Shown in pieces: positions 8,605 to 17,100 of a DNA stretch of 64,000 nt; within the stretch, counting starts at the first letter, position 1; each line of letters starts with the position of its first letter. The notes beneath the pieces are model-generated. The model was given only the letters and a program-made list of their open reading frames with translations, was not told where the DNA came from and did no database searches. The position numbers and the translations under genes are program-made. Origin of the DNA: an uncultured Pseudomonadales bacterium (GTDB lineage Bacteria; Patescibacteriota; Microgenomatia; UBA1400; PJMF01). The DNA is taken from contig CAZCXA010000001.1 of NCBI GenBank assembly GCA_964502565.1, forward strand, positions 3,806 through 67,805, read 5' to 3'.

Positions 8605-10887
8605 CTATTCTTTAATTTTAATCGAGATGCGATTAGAGTCATTGGGTAAAAACTTAAAAAATCGTCCAGAAAAAGAAGGTGAGTGGGAAAATGTGACTTG
8701 ATCAATGGTTTCTTCTTCTCTTAAGAGTGAGCTAGCTTGATCAAAGGAAACGCCGATCAACCTTGCTTGAAAATCTTGCTCAGCTAGCTCGGCTCGACAT
8801 TTTCCTGAAATCTCAACCTCTAGCCGAGTTTGAGAGGCGTCTTCTTCATCATCTATAATCCTTGAAATAACATTTAGGCTGTCATCGATAAAAAGATAGT
8901 TTTCTGGGATATCATTTTCTAAAACCTTTTTAGCTAAAGTTAGTAAATCTCTTGTGGTGTAACTTAAACCCTCTACAGCCAAAGTTAAGGATAAAGAAAC
9001 ATTTTCAAGTTCCTCACCAACCTCGTCGCTATATTTTTGCTCAACAATTTTATAATTTTCAGTGGGCACAATATAAATATCCTGACTGAAATTATCTTCT
9101 AACTTTTCTCGAGCTTGTTTTAGTAATCTTTGTTTTAAGTTAGCTAATAGCTCTTTGTGGTCAGCATCGGCCACAACCCTTATTTCTCGACTTGAGCCTC
9201 CAGTAAAATCACTTTCTGTTCGAGCAGAGTAGGTGTTATCACTAAAATCAGCAATTTTTAAATCTGTTTTTTGGCTTATGTTGCCTTCCACCCCAATTTC
9301 TCGAGCAGTCACCTTGGCACTCTTTTTGCCAAACTCCTTCATCTCTGCCTCACCACCTTTGGCTTCTTCGATAGAAGCAGCAGGTACTGTAATCTCCTCG
9401 TCTAACTCAAACTCGAGATCCTCGGTTTTTAAGATCGTGTTTTTAGCAAATGTTTTTTCTTCACTCGTCTTGTTAAAAATAACCACCAAACCTTTAGCTT
9501 TTTCTCCGACTGGCTTTACTCCGGTTGTTTGAATAGTATCTTTATCTGAAACCTCCTCTGTGATAACTTCTGCTTTAAGCAGACTGTTAACTGGGTCTGA
9601 TTGCGCAACTGAAGAACTCAAACTAATCACAGAGTTTTTACTTAAATTTTTTGTTTGAGGAGCAATCTGGACCTCAACCTGATAGTTCATTTTAAGCAAA
9701 AAGTAAAATACTAACACTGAGATGACTAAGCCTAAAACAACACTGAGAATTATAACTGGCTTGAGAGCTAATTTTTTCTTCTTATTTTTTTTACCAGCAG
9801 TGTCAATCTCAACAAAACTCGAACCTTGTTTTTCATCAGGTTTTTCAAGTTCAACAGGCCTGAAGTTGTTAACCTCTTCGTCTTGAGCTGTTTTCAATAA
9901 CGATTGAGTCGTTGCTTCGGTTTTACGCGCAAAGTCTGGTTGCTCAAGCTCAGGTTGTTCAGTTGGCACTCTTGGGCTAGTTTGTGCGCTGTTGATCGAG
10001 TCTGAGCTTAAAGCATCTGCCAGTTCTTGTGAATCAACTGGTTGACTCATCTGGGAAAACTGCACTGCTGACACTAAACCAGCCGATCCAGCTTGAACCG
10101 AATCAATCTCTGCATCATGAGGAATTAAACCTTTTTGTTTAGCAACTACCTCCCCATAATATTTAGTCACGATGTCCAAAAGCTGGTCTGAAGTGATAAT
10201 CTCAATAATAGGTTTCTGCACAAAGTTAAAATCTTGTGTCCAGTTTAATGAAAACAGCTGTTGCTGATAAAGTATTAACTTTTCAGGATCAATCACGGCT
10301 GAAAGCAAGATAATGTTAGGTGGAAGCTTGATGCCATTGGTTGCAAAGTTCTGCTCCAAGCGAGCTAAAGCTTCCTGAAGATCAGATACGATATCCTCAG
10401 ATCGCCCCACTGATAAAGAACCAGCCACTTTGCCTTGGCGTACAATCATTAAATCTAAGGATTGAGCGCCAATATATAAAACAATTGAAGAGAGAAAGCT
10501 GTTATTCTTAAGCAAGTGCTGAAGTGCGGCCTCGGTGGTTGACACAAACCCAAGTGGTTTTAAAGATAGCGACTCGGTAAGATTCTTAAGGTCTTTTTCA
10601 TGCTCTGCTGAAATCTTGTTGTTCTTGATCCAACTCGGCTCAAAGGCAAACAATATTTCGTCAGTTTCTTCTGATCTATCACCTAAATCCTGCAAACTTT
10701 CATCCATTTGTACGAGCTGTTCTTCAGTACTATTGTAATATCTTACTTTTGATTTACTTAAGAGAATAATTTTTTGTTCAAAAACTTGCCACAGACTAGA
10801 ATGAATCGATTGATCGGTTATTAAAGAAAGAATAAACAGGTTCTTTTTATCTGGTTTTTTTTTGGAGAAAAGATTTGGCAGGCCCAT
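8605..10887 (-). CDS. Hypothetical 760-aa bitopic membrane protein: N-terminal FtsA/PilM-like actin-fold domain, low-complexity linker, single TM, ~370-aa extracytoplasmic domain
   Basis: N-terminal LFILSLITDQSIHSSLWQV... and IGAQSLDLMIVRQGKVAGSLSVGRSEDIVSDL resemble phosphate-1/phosphate-2-like regions of FtsA/PilM actin-fold proteins; TM at ILSVVLGLVISVLVFYFLL; domain call is by eye only. Confidence 0.4.
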   Translation of the reverse strand: MGLPNLFSKKKPDKKNLFILSLITDQSIHSSLWQVFEQKIILLSKSKVRYYNSTEEQLVQMDESLQDLGDRSEETDEILFAFEPSWIKNNKISAEHEKDLKNLTESLSLKPLGFVSTTEAALQHLLKNNSFLSSIVLYIGAQSLDLMIVRQGKVAGSLSVGRSEDIVSDLQEALARLEQNFATNGIKLPPNIILLSAVIDPEKLILYQQQLFSLNWTQDFNFVQKPIIEIITSDQLLDIVTKYYGEVVAKQKGLIPHDAEIDSVQAGSAGLVSAVQFSQMSQPVDSQELADALSSDSINSAQTSPRVPTEQPELEQPDFARKTEATTQSLLKTAQDEEVNNFRPVELEKPDEKQGSSFVEIDTAGKKNKKKKLALKPVIILSVVLGLVISVLVFYFLLKMNYQVEVQIAPQTKNLSKNSVISLSSSVAQSDPVNSLLKAEVITEEVSDKDTIQTTGVKPVGEKAKGLVVIFNKTSEEKTFAKNTILKTEDLEFELDEEITVPAASIEEAKGGEAEMKEFGKKSAKVTAREIGVEGNISQKTDLKIADFSDNTYSARTESDFTGGSSREIRVVADADHKELLANLKQRLLKQAREKLEDNFSQDIYIVPTENYKIVEQKYSDEVGEELENVSLSLTLAVEGLSYTTRDLLTLAKKVLENDIPENYLFIDDSLNVISRIIDDEEDASQTRLEVEISGKCRAELAEQDFQARLIGVSFDQASSLLREEETIDQVTFSHSPSFSGRFFKFLPNDSNRISIKIKE

Positions 10888-10967
10888 ATTGATAATTATA
10901 CAATAGATTTATTACTTAGTGAAAAATTGAGTAGAGTTTTACCACACTAGGCTTAAAACCACTGGTG

Positions 10968-11039
10968 CCTTAAAAATATTGTTGTCTTAAAAATATTGGT
11001 GCCTTAAAAATATTGACAGTGAGTTCTTAAAAAATTATT
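10968..11039. repeat. Four copies of CTTAAAAATATTG at ~17-18 bp periodicity in the promoter region of the 760-aa gene
   Basis: ccttaaaaatattg(10968) / tcttaaaaatattg(10986) / ccttaaaaatattg(11002) / tcttaaaaaattatt(11025, degenerate). Confidence 0.7.
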
Positions 11040-11107
11040 CCAAGTTACTCCTGGAACACCTGTTTTCTGGTGCTGGAGCGCGCTCTTGCGAGTTTTGAGG
11101 TCTGAGT

Positions 11108-12979
11108 TTAACTGCTAAATCTTGCGTAAACCCTTCTCACTCCAGAACCAATTGATTTTTCTTTAAAAATCTCGATCTTATGGATCTTGCCGGTTGAGCT
11201 AACATGAGGACCCCCGCATAACTCTTTTGAGATAGGCTTATCTTGACCAATCTCATACACATCTACTTGGTCAGGATAGCGTTCAACAAAAAACGCCAAA
11301 GCTCCGGATTGTAATGCGTCTTGTTTTAGCATCTGTTTTTTTTGAACAGGCAAATCTAGCGCGATCCATTGATTAACTAAGTCTTGAACCTGCTGAACCT
11401 CTTGTTTGGTTAAGGCAGAGCTGTGAGAAAAATCAAATCTCAAACAATCCTGAGTAATTTGCGATCCTTTTTGCTGGACATGGTCACCCAACACCTGCCT
11501 TAAAGCAGTGTGTAATAAGTGAGTGGCAGTGTGATAAGCCGTGGTAGTATCAGAGTTGTCAGCTAAGCCACCCTGAAACTTTTGCGAGGCGCCAGTTTTT
11601 GACAACTTGCTATGCTTGGCTTGAGCTGTAACAAACTCCTGTCGCAAATTTTCCTCAAGAGTAATATTGTTTTGCTGAGCTTCTTCAATGGTTAGCTCAA
11701 ACGGAAAGCCATAGGTTTGGTACAAATCATACGCCATCTCGCCGGTTAAAACTTTATTATCAGCAAAAATCTTGTTAAGTCTTTTTAATCCTTTGCCAAG
11801 TGTTTTTTTAAATTTTTCAACTTCTTGATGAATTAAGGTTTCAATAGCCAACTGATCTTGCTTTAATAAAACATTGGCTTGGGTATAAATCTCGGCCACC
11901 ACAGGCACTAAAGATAATAAGAACTCAGAATCTTCAAAAAGATGCTGACTGTATCTAACGGCTCGTCTAATTAAACGCCTCACTAAGTAGCCCTGATCCT
12001 TGTTACTAGGTTTAACCCCATCATTAATTAACCAAACAGCTGCCTTGATGTGATCAGCAATGATGCGAAAGTTTGCTGGGCTATTGGCATATTCTTGATT
12101 TGTTTCTTGTTCAATTTTTCGAATAATTGGTAGAAATAAATCGGTTTGAAACACATCAGGCTGATGATGACTGGCAGCTAAAATCCTTTCCAAACCTCCT
12201 CCAAAATCAATATTTTTCTGAGGCAGGTCCTTAAACCCGGTTGCTGTTTTTTGATACTGCATAAAAACGCTGTTACCGATCTCTAAAAATCTGCCACAGT
12301 CACAGTTAACATGGCAAGGTTGATCAGCAAACTTGGAGTTTTCATGAAACTTAAACTCGGCTCCAAAATCATAAAACACCTCGCTGTCAGGACCACCGGG
12401 TTCACCAACCGGCATCTCATCAGGATCGCCACTGCGAGACCACCAGTTTTTATCAGCCGAGTAGTAAAAAATGCGATTGTCATTTAAACCTTCTTGGTAG
12501 GGATTTTTTCCAACCCCGGCGGTGACACCTTTACTAGCAAACAACTCCTGCCAAATCTTTACCGACTCCTCATCTGCATCAACTTGATATTTATCACTAC
12601 CAGCAAAAACAGTCACACACAACCTTTCAACAGGCAAACCAACTTCCTCAACTAGAAACTTGAAAAACCAAGTTAACTGCTCTGTTTTAAAATAATCACC
12701 AAATGACCAGTTGCCCAACATCTCAAAAAAAGTAGTGTGGCGATTGTCACCCACTTCTTCAATATCAAGCGCTCGAAAACAACGCTGAGAGTTAACAACT
12801 CTTTTTCCCTGAGGATGATCTGCTCCTAGCAGATATGGCATCATCGGTTGCATGCCTGCGGTGGTAAAAAGGGTACTGGGATCATTTTCAGGCACCAACA
12901 AAGATGAAGGCACAACAACATGGTCAAGGTTTTTAAAATAAGTTAGGTATTTTTGTCGAAGCTGATTTGAGCTGAGCAC
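11108..12979 (-). CDS. alaS: Alanine--tRNA ligase, short form (catalytic + tRNA-binding + editing domains; C-Ala domain absent)
   Basis: FTTAGMQP, HTTFFEMLGNWSFGDYFK class-II AlaRS signatures; editing-domain HxxxH...CGGPHV present; only 623 aa. Confidence 0.93.
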   Translation of the reverse strand: MLSSNQLRQKYLTYFKNLDHVVVPSSLLVPENDPSTLFTTAGMQPMMPYLLGADHPQGKRVVNSQRCFRALDIEEVGDNRHTTFFEMLGNWSFGDYFKTEQLTWFFKFLVEEVGLPVERLCVTVFAGSDKYQVDADEESVKIWQELFASKGVTAGVGKNPYQEGLNDNRIFYYSADKNWWSRSGDPDEMPVGEPGGPDSEVFYDFGAEFKFHENSKFADQPCHVNCDCGRFLEIGNSVFMQYQKTATGFKDLPQKNIDFGGGLERILAASHHQPDVFQTDLFLPIIRKIEQETNQEYANSPANFRIIADHIKAAVWLINDGVKPSNKDQGYLVRRLIRRAVRYSQHLFEDSEFLLSLVPVVAEIYTQANVLLKQDQLAIETLIHQEVEKFKKTLGKGLKRLNKIFADNKVLTGEMAYDLYQTYGFPFELTIEEAQQNNITLEENLRQEFVTAQAKHSKLSKTGASQKFQGGLADNSDTTTAYHTATHLLHTALRQVLGDHVQQKGSQITQDCLRFDFSHSSALTKQEVQQVQDLVNQWIALDLPVQKKQMLKQDALQSGALAFFVERYPDQVDVYEIGQDKPISKELCGGPHVSSTGKIHKIEIFKEKSIGSGVRRVYARFSS

Positions 12980-12988
12980 GATAAAAAA

Positions 12989-13522
12989 TTATTTAATTAT
13001 AGAACTTACTGCTAGGTAAGATGACCGAGTTTTTTTATAAAAAAAATTTTTCATTAAAACTTGCGCGCCTATAGCCAATCCACCAAAAAAAACATCTCCA
13101 AGTAAGGTGTTGCGATAAAAAGGCAAGGCTACGAAATAACAACTCAATAATCCAGCTAAAGTTCGTGGATACCAAAAAAACCAAACTCCAAGATTAGAAA
13201 GCATAAAAAAACAAAAACTGGCCAGCGGTAAAAATAACACCTGTTTTTTAACCTGACCTTTTGCCAAACGACCCCAAAAATAATAACTGGCAAAACCTAG
13301 ATAAGTAAAGATAAAGCCTGGGTAAAAACCAGAGAAAAACTTGTCAAAAACGATAATTTGACCAAAAAAAAGTAAAATGTTTGATTGAAAAAACCCAAAA
13401 CTGCCTACCGGACTAAAGTTTGGTAAAACCTTTAAAAAACGAGTCAAAAAAACAATAACAGTTAAACCGAGTTTTTTTAAATAAGGATGCCGATTATTGT
13501 GAGGGGATGAAAAGTTATGCAT
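12989..13522 (-). CDS. Polytopic membrane protein (5-6 TM, ~177 aa); possibly ECF-transporter S-component-like
   Basis: Hydrophobic helices throughout; size and topology fit S-components; adjacent to DUF4430-like gene. Weak. Confidence 0.3.
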   Translation of the reverse strand: MHNFSSPHNNRHPYLKKLGLTVIVFLTRFLKVLPNFSPVGSFGFFQSNILLFFGQIIVFDKFFSGFYPGFIFTYLGFASYYFWGRLAKGQVKKQVLFLPLASFCFFMLSNLGVWFFWYPRTLAGLLSCYFVALPFYRNTLLGDVFFGGLAIGAQVLMKNFFYKKTRSSYLAVSSIIK

Positions 13523-13539
13523 AATCTACAGATAAATCT

Positions 13540-14010
13540 TTATTCGTTAAAACTAGCCTGAACTTGTTCCCAGCGCCACTCAACCTTATCGCCAATTTTT
13601 AACTCGATTTTATCTGATGCAACTTGAGCATATTCGTCATTTACATACAAAGCCCAGTAGTAATCAGCGCTCGATTGTTGTTGATTGATAGCCGTTACAA
13701 ACACTCCAAAATCATGCTGGTCATACTCAACCTCAGCATTGCTTGTTAGCAGTGAAAACGGAGTTTGACCAGCCTTATCAGCTGTAAACTCATAATGTTC
13801 AATGACACTATTATTTGAAGTAGATAATTGAAAAGGATTTGTTTGACGGATCTCTCCGATCGTACCAAATAAACTTGCAAAGTCTTTTTTAAGATCACTG
13901 TGTTGGTTATAGCTGTAAAACAAAAAACCGAACGCAACTATACCAATGACAATGATTATTGGAAATAACTTCTGAGATCTTGATGGTTCTTCTTGGATTG
14001 TTTCTGGCAT
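13540..14010 (-). CDS. Membrane-anchored DUF4430-like (transcobalamin-C-terminal-like) protein
   Basis: N-terminal TM then GVFVTAINQ...YYWALYVNDEYAQV...IGDKVEWRWE, resembling the W-x-Y-x-VNG / GD-x-I-x-W-x-Y pattern of DUF4430. Confidence 0.35.
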   Translation of the reverse strand: MPETIQEEPSRSQKLFPIIIVIGIVAFGFLFYSYNQHSDLKKDFASLFGTIGEIRQTNPFQLSTSNNSVIEHYEFTADKAGQTPFSLLTSNAEVEYDQHDFGVFVTAINQQQSSADYYWALYVNDEYAQVASDKIELKIGDKVEWRWEQVQASFNE

Positions 14011-14112
14011 TTAAAAGAAAAAAAATAAAAAAATAAAAGTGAATGTTAAAGTAAAAATAACTGACCGCTGGTTTGCTGTTAGTTGGTTTGCTGTAAAATA
14101 TCTTTTTTACAG

Positions 14113-14448
14113 CTATATCCCTTTAAATTTCTTTAGATCTTGATTCTTAACTCCTTTTTGACGTCGACCGCCCTCCTGAATAAGACTGGTTTTTTTATGA
14201 CCGATTTTTTTAACCGAGTCAAAGCCCAACAAAACATTAATCAAATCTTTTAAAGCAAGATCGCCTATCTTAAACTCAGCAAGAGATGGTATCTCGGTTT
14301 CCACATCTTGCCATTTTTCTTTAAAGTTTTCTTTTAACTGCTGACCTTTATCAGTATTAAATAAAAAATAACTGGTTGAGCCTAATAAAAAGCCTACGAC
14401 TAAACCGATAGCAAATTGATTTTTCTTCTCTTGATCCGTGTTTGTCAT
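14113..14448 (-). CDS. YtxH-like small membrane protein (start moved to internal Met to remove overlap)
   Basis: AIGLVVGFLLGSTSYFLFNTDKGQQLKENF resembles YtxH motif; long ORF form (to 14505) would overlap upstream gene by 50 nt. Confidence 0.4.
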   Translation of the reverse strand: MTNTDQEKKNQFAIGLVVGFLLGSTSYFLFNTDKGQQLKENFKEKWQDVETEIPSLAEFKIGDLALKDLINVLLGFDSVKKIGHKKTSLIQEGGRRQKGVKNQDLKKFKGI

Positions 14449-14452
14449 AAGA

Positions 14453-14731
14453 TTATTGAGGGTCGTCATCTTTCTTCTTATTAAGAAAACCAATAAAACC
14501 TTCAAAGACTTTAACTCCTGTTTTTACTCCAGTAGCGATGCCTGCTAAATTTTTTAAAGGCTCGGTTAAAGCTTTAATCTTTTCTTCTGTTTCATCAAAA
14601 ACAGAGTTAATCTTTTCTAAAGCTTGACGAAAAGATCTCAACACCAAGATTAGGTGTACTCCCACAGCAACCAAGGTAGCGGTTAAAATAACCAGGACAA
14701 TAGCAAATAAAACTGGTAAAAATTCTGTCAT
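14453..14731 (-). CDS. Small membrane protein (DUF948-like)
   Basis: 92 aa, one N-terminal TM helix then coiled-coil; commonly paired with YtxH-like genes. Confidence 0.4.
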   Translation of the reverse strand: MTEFLPVLFAIVLVILTATLVAVGVHLILVLRSFRQALEKINSVFDETEEKIKALTEPLKNLAGIATGVKTGVKVFEGFIGFLNKKKDDDPQ

Positions 14732-14981
14732 AAAAGATTAATAATTAATATATCGAGATTTGTCTCAAGATAACTCTATTACAGCAACTTTAATAATAGC
14801 ATCAGAAACAAAAAACTCAAAAGTTAAAAATAAAACAGCACTCCTTAATACAGGGTTATAAATAGTTTTCTTTAATAACTAAAATCAACAGCCTAGCCTG
14901 AAAAAAAATAACTCAAATGTGCAAGGTTGCTGTCTATTTTAACCCTCTAAAGCATGCTTTTTAACCTTTAAATCTTAACCT

Positions 14982-15626
14982 TTAAAACCTGACATAAACC
15001 GTAATCTGCTTCAAGTTAGTTTTACCTCTTTGATCAATCGCTTCAACCGTTAAGGTTGTAACTCCTTCCTTGGGCAAGTAAACCTCGGTACGAAAGGTGC
15101 CATCTGGGTTAAGTGCGACCGGTTGTGCGTTCACGCTGACCATTGACTCAACATCTGTTTGTCCGGTCACCACAATTTGCGATGAAACAAACTCGTTGTC
15201 ACTGGGGGAATAGATCTCCAACCTTGGGGGTTTATTTAAGTTATGCCATTGCCAAGCTACATAACCCAATAAAGAAAAAAAGATCGTGGCGACCACCACC
15301 CCAACCAAGGTCACGGAATGCCATAAACGCTGTTTTCTAACCACTGGGCTGATAAAATCTCGTGACTGAAGTTGACCCTGGTTATCCTCCTGAAAATCTC
15401 GTCTTAGCAAGGAAAGTAAAGACTTGTTATCTAACTCTAGAACACGAGCATAAGCCTTAATATATCCTTTGACAAAAGTACTTGGAGGTAGTTGGTCAAA
15501 CTGATTGTTTTCTAAATATTGCAAAAACTCCTTCTTAATCTTGGTTAATTGAGACATGCGTGCTAAAGTGATGCTTTGCCTCTGCCGTTCCTCAGCTAGA
15601 ATTTGACCAACTTTTTTAGTTTGCAT
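14982..15626 (-). CDS. RodZ-like HTH (XRE) membrane protein with C-terminal beta-rich domain
   Basis: N-terminal HTH (VGQILAEERQRQSITLARMSQLTKIKKEFLQYLE), central TM (VTLVGVVVATIFFSLLGYVAW), C-terminal domain; architecture of RodZ. Confidence 0.55.
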   Translation of the reverse strand: MQTKKVGQILAEERQRQSITLARMSQLTKIKKEFLQYLENNQFDQLPPSTFVKGYIKAYARVLELDNKSLLSLLRRDFQEDNQGQLQSRDFISPVVRKQRLWHSVTLVGVVVATIFFSLLGYVAWQWHNLNKPPRLEIYSPSDNEFVSSQIVVTGQTDVESMVSVNAQPVALNPDGTFRTEVYLPKEGVTTLTVEAIDQRGKTNLKQITVYVRF

Positions 15627-15653
15627 GAAATATTTTAAATGTTTATCAAACCG

Positions 15654-16091
15654 TTAATGACTGCCCAACATTTCCTGAACTAAACTCGCGATCTTGGATC
15701 CCTCAGCTTGATTGCCAACCTTTTGTTTGACCTTACCGATTAATGGTCCAGCTTGATCAAGCTCGGTTTCTTGTTTAACCTGAGCAATAATACTTTTTAG
15801 TTCATCATCAGATAACTGAGTAGGTAAAAATTCCTGAAGCACCTTAATCTTCTGTTGAGCTTCTGCAACCAAATCCTGACGCTGACCTTTTTCATAATCA
15901 ACCAAGGCGTCTTTCCATTGTTTAATCTGCTGTTGCACCACCTGCTGAACCTGCGTGTCATTAATCTCACCTTGATCAATCTCGATATTTGTAATTCTGG
16001 CTCTTAGCAAACGAACAACATCAAGGCGCAGTTGATCCTTAGCCTTCATGGCTTGTTTCATTTCTACAACAAGACGGTCTTTGAGTGTCAT
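15654..16091 (-). CDS. GatB/YqeY domain protein
   Basis: MTLKDRLVVEMKQAMKAKDQLRLDVVRLLRARI... canonical YqeY; ORF-track N-terminal extension (to 16226) overlaps the tRNA and is discarded. Confidence 0.75.
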   Translation of the reverse strand: MTLKDRLVVEMKQAMKAKDQLRLDVVRLLRARITNIEIDQGEINDTQVQQVVQQQIKQWKDALVDYEKGQRQDLVAEAQQKIKVLQEFLPTQLSDDELKSIIAQVKQETELDQAGPLIGKVKQKVGNQAEGSKIASLVQEMLGSH

Positions 16092-16167
16092 AGGTTTGTC
16101 AAATAATCTGTAAATAATGATTAAGTTGTAATATAAACAGTTTTTATTCTTAAACTGGAACTTAATG

Positions 16168-16241
16168 TGGACCCGAGCTGACTTGAACAGCTGACCTCTC
16201 CGATGTGAACGGAGCGCTCTAACCAACTGAGCTACGGATCC
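16168..16241 (-). tRNA. tRNA-Val (anticodon CAC); CCA not encoded
   Basis: Minus-strand GGATCCGTAGCTCAGTTGGTTAGAGCGCTCCGTTCACATCGGAGAGGTCAGCTGTTCAAGTCAGCTCGGGTCCA folds as cloverleaf: 7-bp acceptor, D-arm GCTC/GAGC, anticodon stem CTCCG/CGGAG, loop TTCACAT, T-arm AGCTG/CAGCT. Confidence 0.85.
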
Positions 16242-16336
16242 TATGATTATAAACCTGTTCTCTTAGAGGTAAGCCATATTATACAACACAATCAAGTTCA
16301 GCTTGATTTCAGAGTTGACAACTAGTTTAGCAACTA

Positions 16337-16984
16337 ATGGGTAACTCTAACTTGACTGAGAAATTCTTAAACTTGATTGTTCCGCCATATTGCGTGTGTT
16401 GTTCTAAAAATGGTCGGTTGTTATGCCATCGGTGTTATCAACTTATTCATTTTAATGCTCAACCTGCCAACAACAATCTTTTTAGCCAAGAATTTCTAGA
16501 TCAGGCCTTAAGCTTGGCTGTTTATCAACCGCCAATCTCTGATTTAATTAAAAGTTTAAAATATCAACACGTTAAAAAGATTGGAGTAGTGCTCGCAGAG
16601 CTACTTTATAACCACTTACAGTTGCCAAAGTGTGATCTAATCACTTGGGCACCGATCTCCAAAAAAAGATTAAATGAGAGAGGTTTTAACCAAGCACAGA
16701 TGATCGGGGAAGGCTTGGGTAGGATTATGAAAACTCCAACCAAAACTGTGCTTAAAAAAGTAAAACATACCTCAAAACAAGCAAAAAGTAGTTTTGCTCA
16801 AAGACTGGCAAATTTACAAGATACTTTTGAGGTTGAGGCAAGCTTTCAGCATTGTCTTAAAAATAAAACCGTGATGATTGTTGATGATGTCCTGAGCACA
16901 GGCAGTACCTTAAACGAGTGTGCCCGGATGCTAAAAATGGCTGGAGTAAAAGTAGTGGTTGGCGTGGCAGTGGCAAGAAGCTAA
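16337..16984 (+). CDS. comFC: ComF-family phosphoribosyltransferase (competence protein ComFC-like)
   Basis: N-terminal C-x2-C...C-x2-C zinc ribbon (CVCC...CHRC) and C-terminal PRTase motif VMIVDDVLSTGSTL. Confidence 0.8.
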   Translation: MGNSNLTEKFLNLIVPPYCVCCSKNGRLLCHRCYQLIHFNAQPANNNLFSQEFLDQALSLAVYQPPISDLIKSLKYQHVKKIGVVLAELLYNHLQLPKCDLITWAPISKKRLNERGFNQAQMIGEGLGRIMKTPTKTVLKKVKHTSKQAKSSFAQRLANLQDTFEVEASFQHCLKNKTVMIVDDVLSTGSTLNECARMLKMAGVKVVVGVAVARS

Positions 16985-17057
16985 ACCTGATTACAGTGGC
17001 AGTGGCAAGAAGCTAAACCTGATTACAGTGGCAGTGGCAAGAAGCTAAAGCTGATTG
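16964..17057. repeat. 32-bp tandem repeat, ~3 copies, overlapping the comF stop codon
   Basis: gtggcagtggcaagaagctaaacctgattaca x2 (16964-16995, 16996-17027) plus degenerate third copy 17028-17057 (ctaaaGctgattGca). Confidence 0.85.
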
Positions 17058-17083
17058 CAGATGAAATTTACAAAGAAAAGACG

Positions 17084-17089
17084 TATAAT
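17084..17089 (+). promoter_or_regulatory. Candidate -10 box (TATAAT) for ssrA
   Basis: Perfect TATAAT 12 nt upstream of tmRNA 5' end; no good -35 at 17-bp spacing seen. Confidence 0.3.
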
Positions 17090-17100
17090 ACATAAGTTGC

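Noticed and set aside
14113-14505. 130-aa form of the YtxH-like ORF
   Set aside because: It would overlap the upstream gene by about 50 nt. The internal Met at 14448 gives a 5-nt intergenic gap and retains the conserved region.
15654-16226. ORF-track 190-aa form of the GatB/YqeY gene
   Set aside because: The N-terminal 45 codons overlap tRNA-Val (16168-16241) and have no homology. The conserved YqeY sequence begins at the internal Met (16091).
10958-17057. Tandem repeat blocks (10968-11039, 16964-17057, 43975-44072) as possible CRISPR arrays
   Set aside because: There are only 2-4 copies, with no unique spacers of regular length, no cas genes, and repeats are contiguous. These are ordinary tandem repeats.
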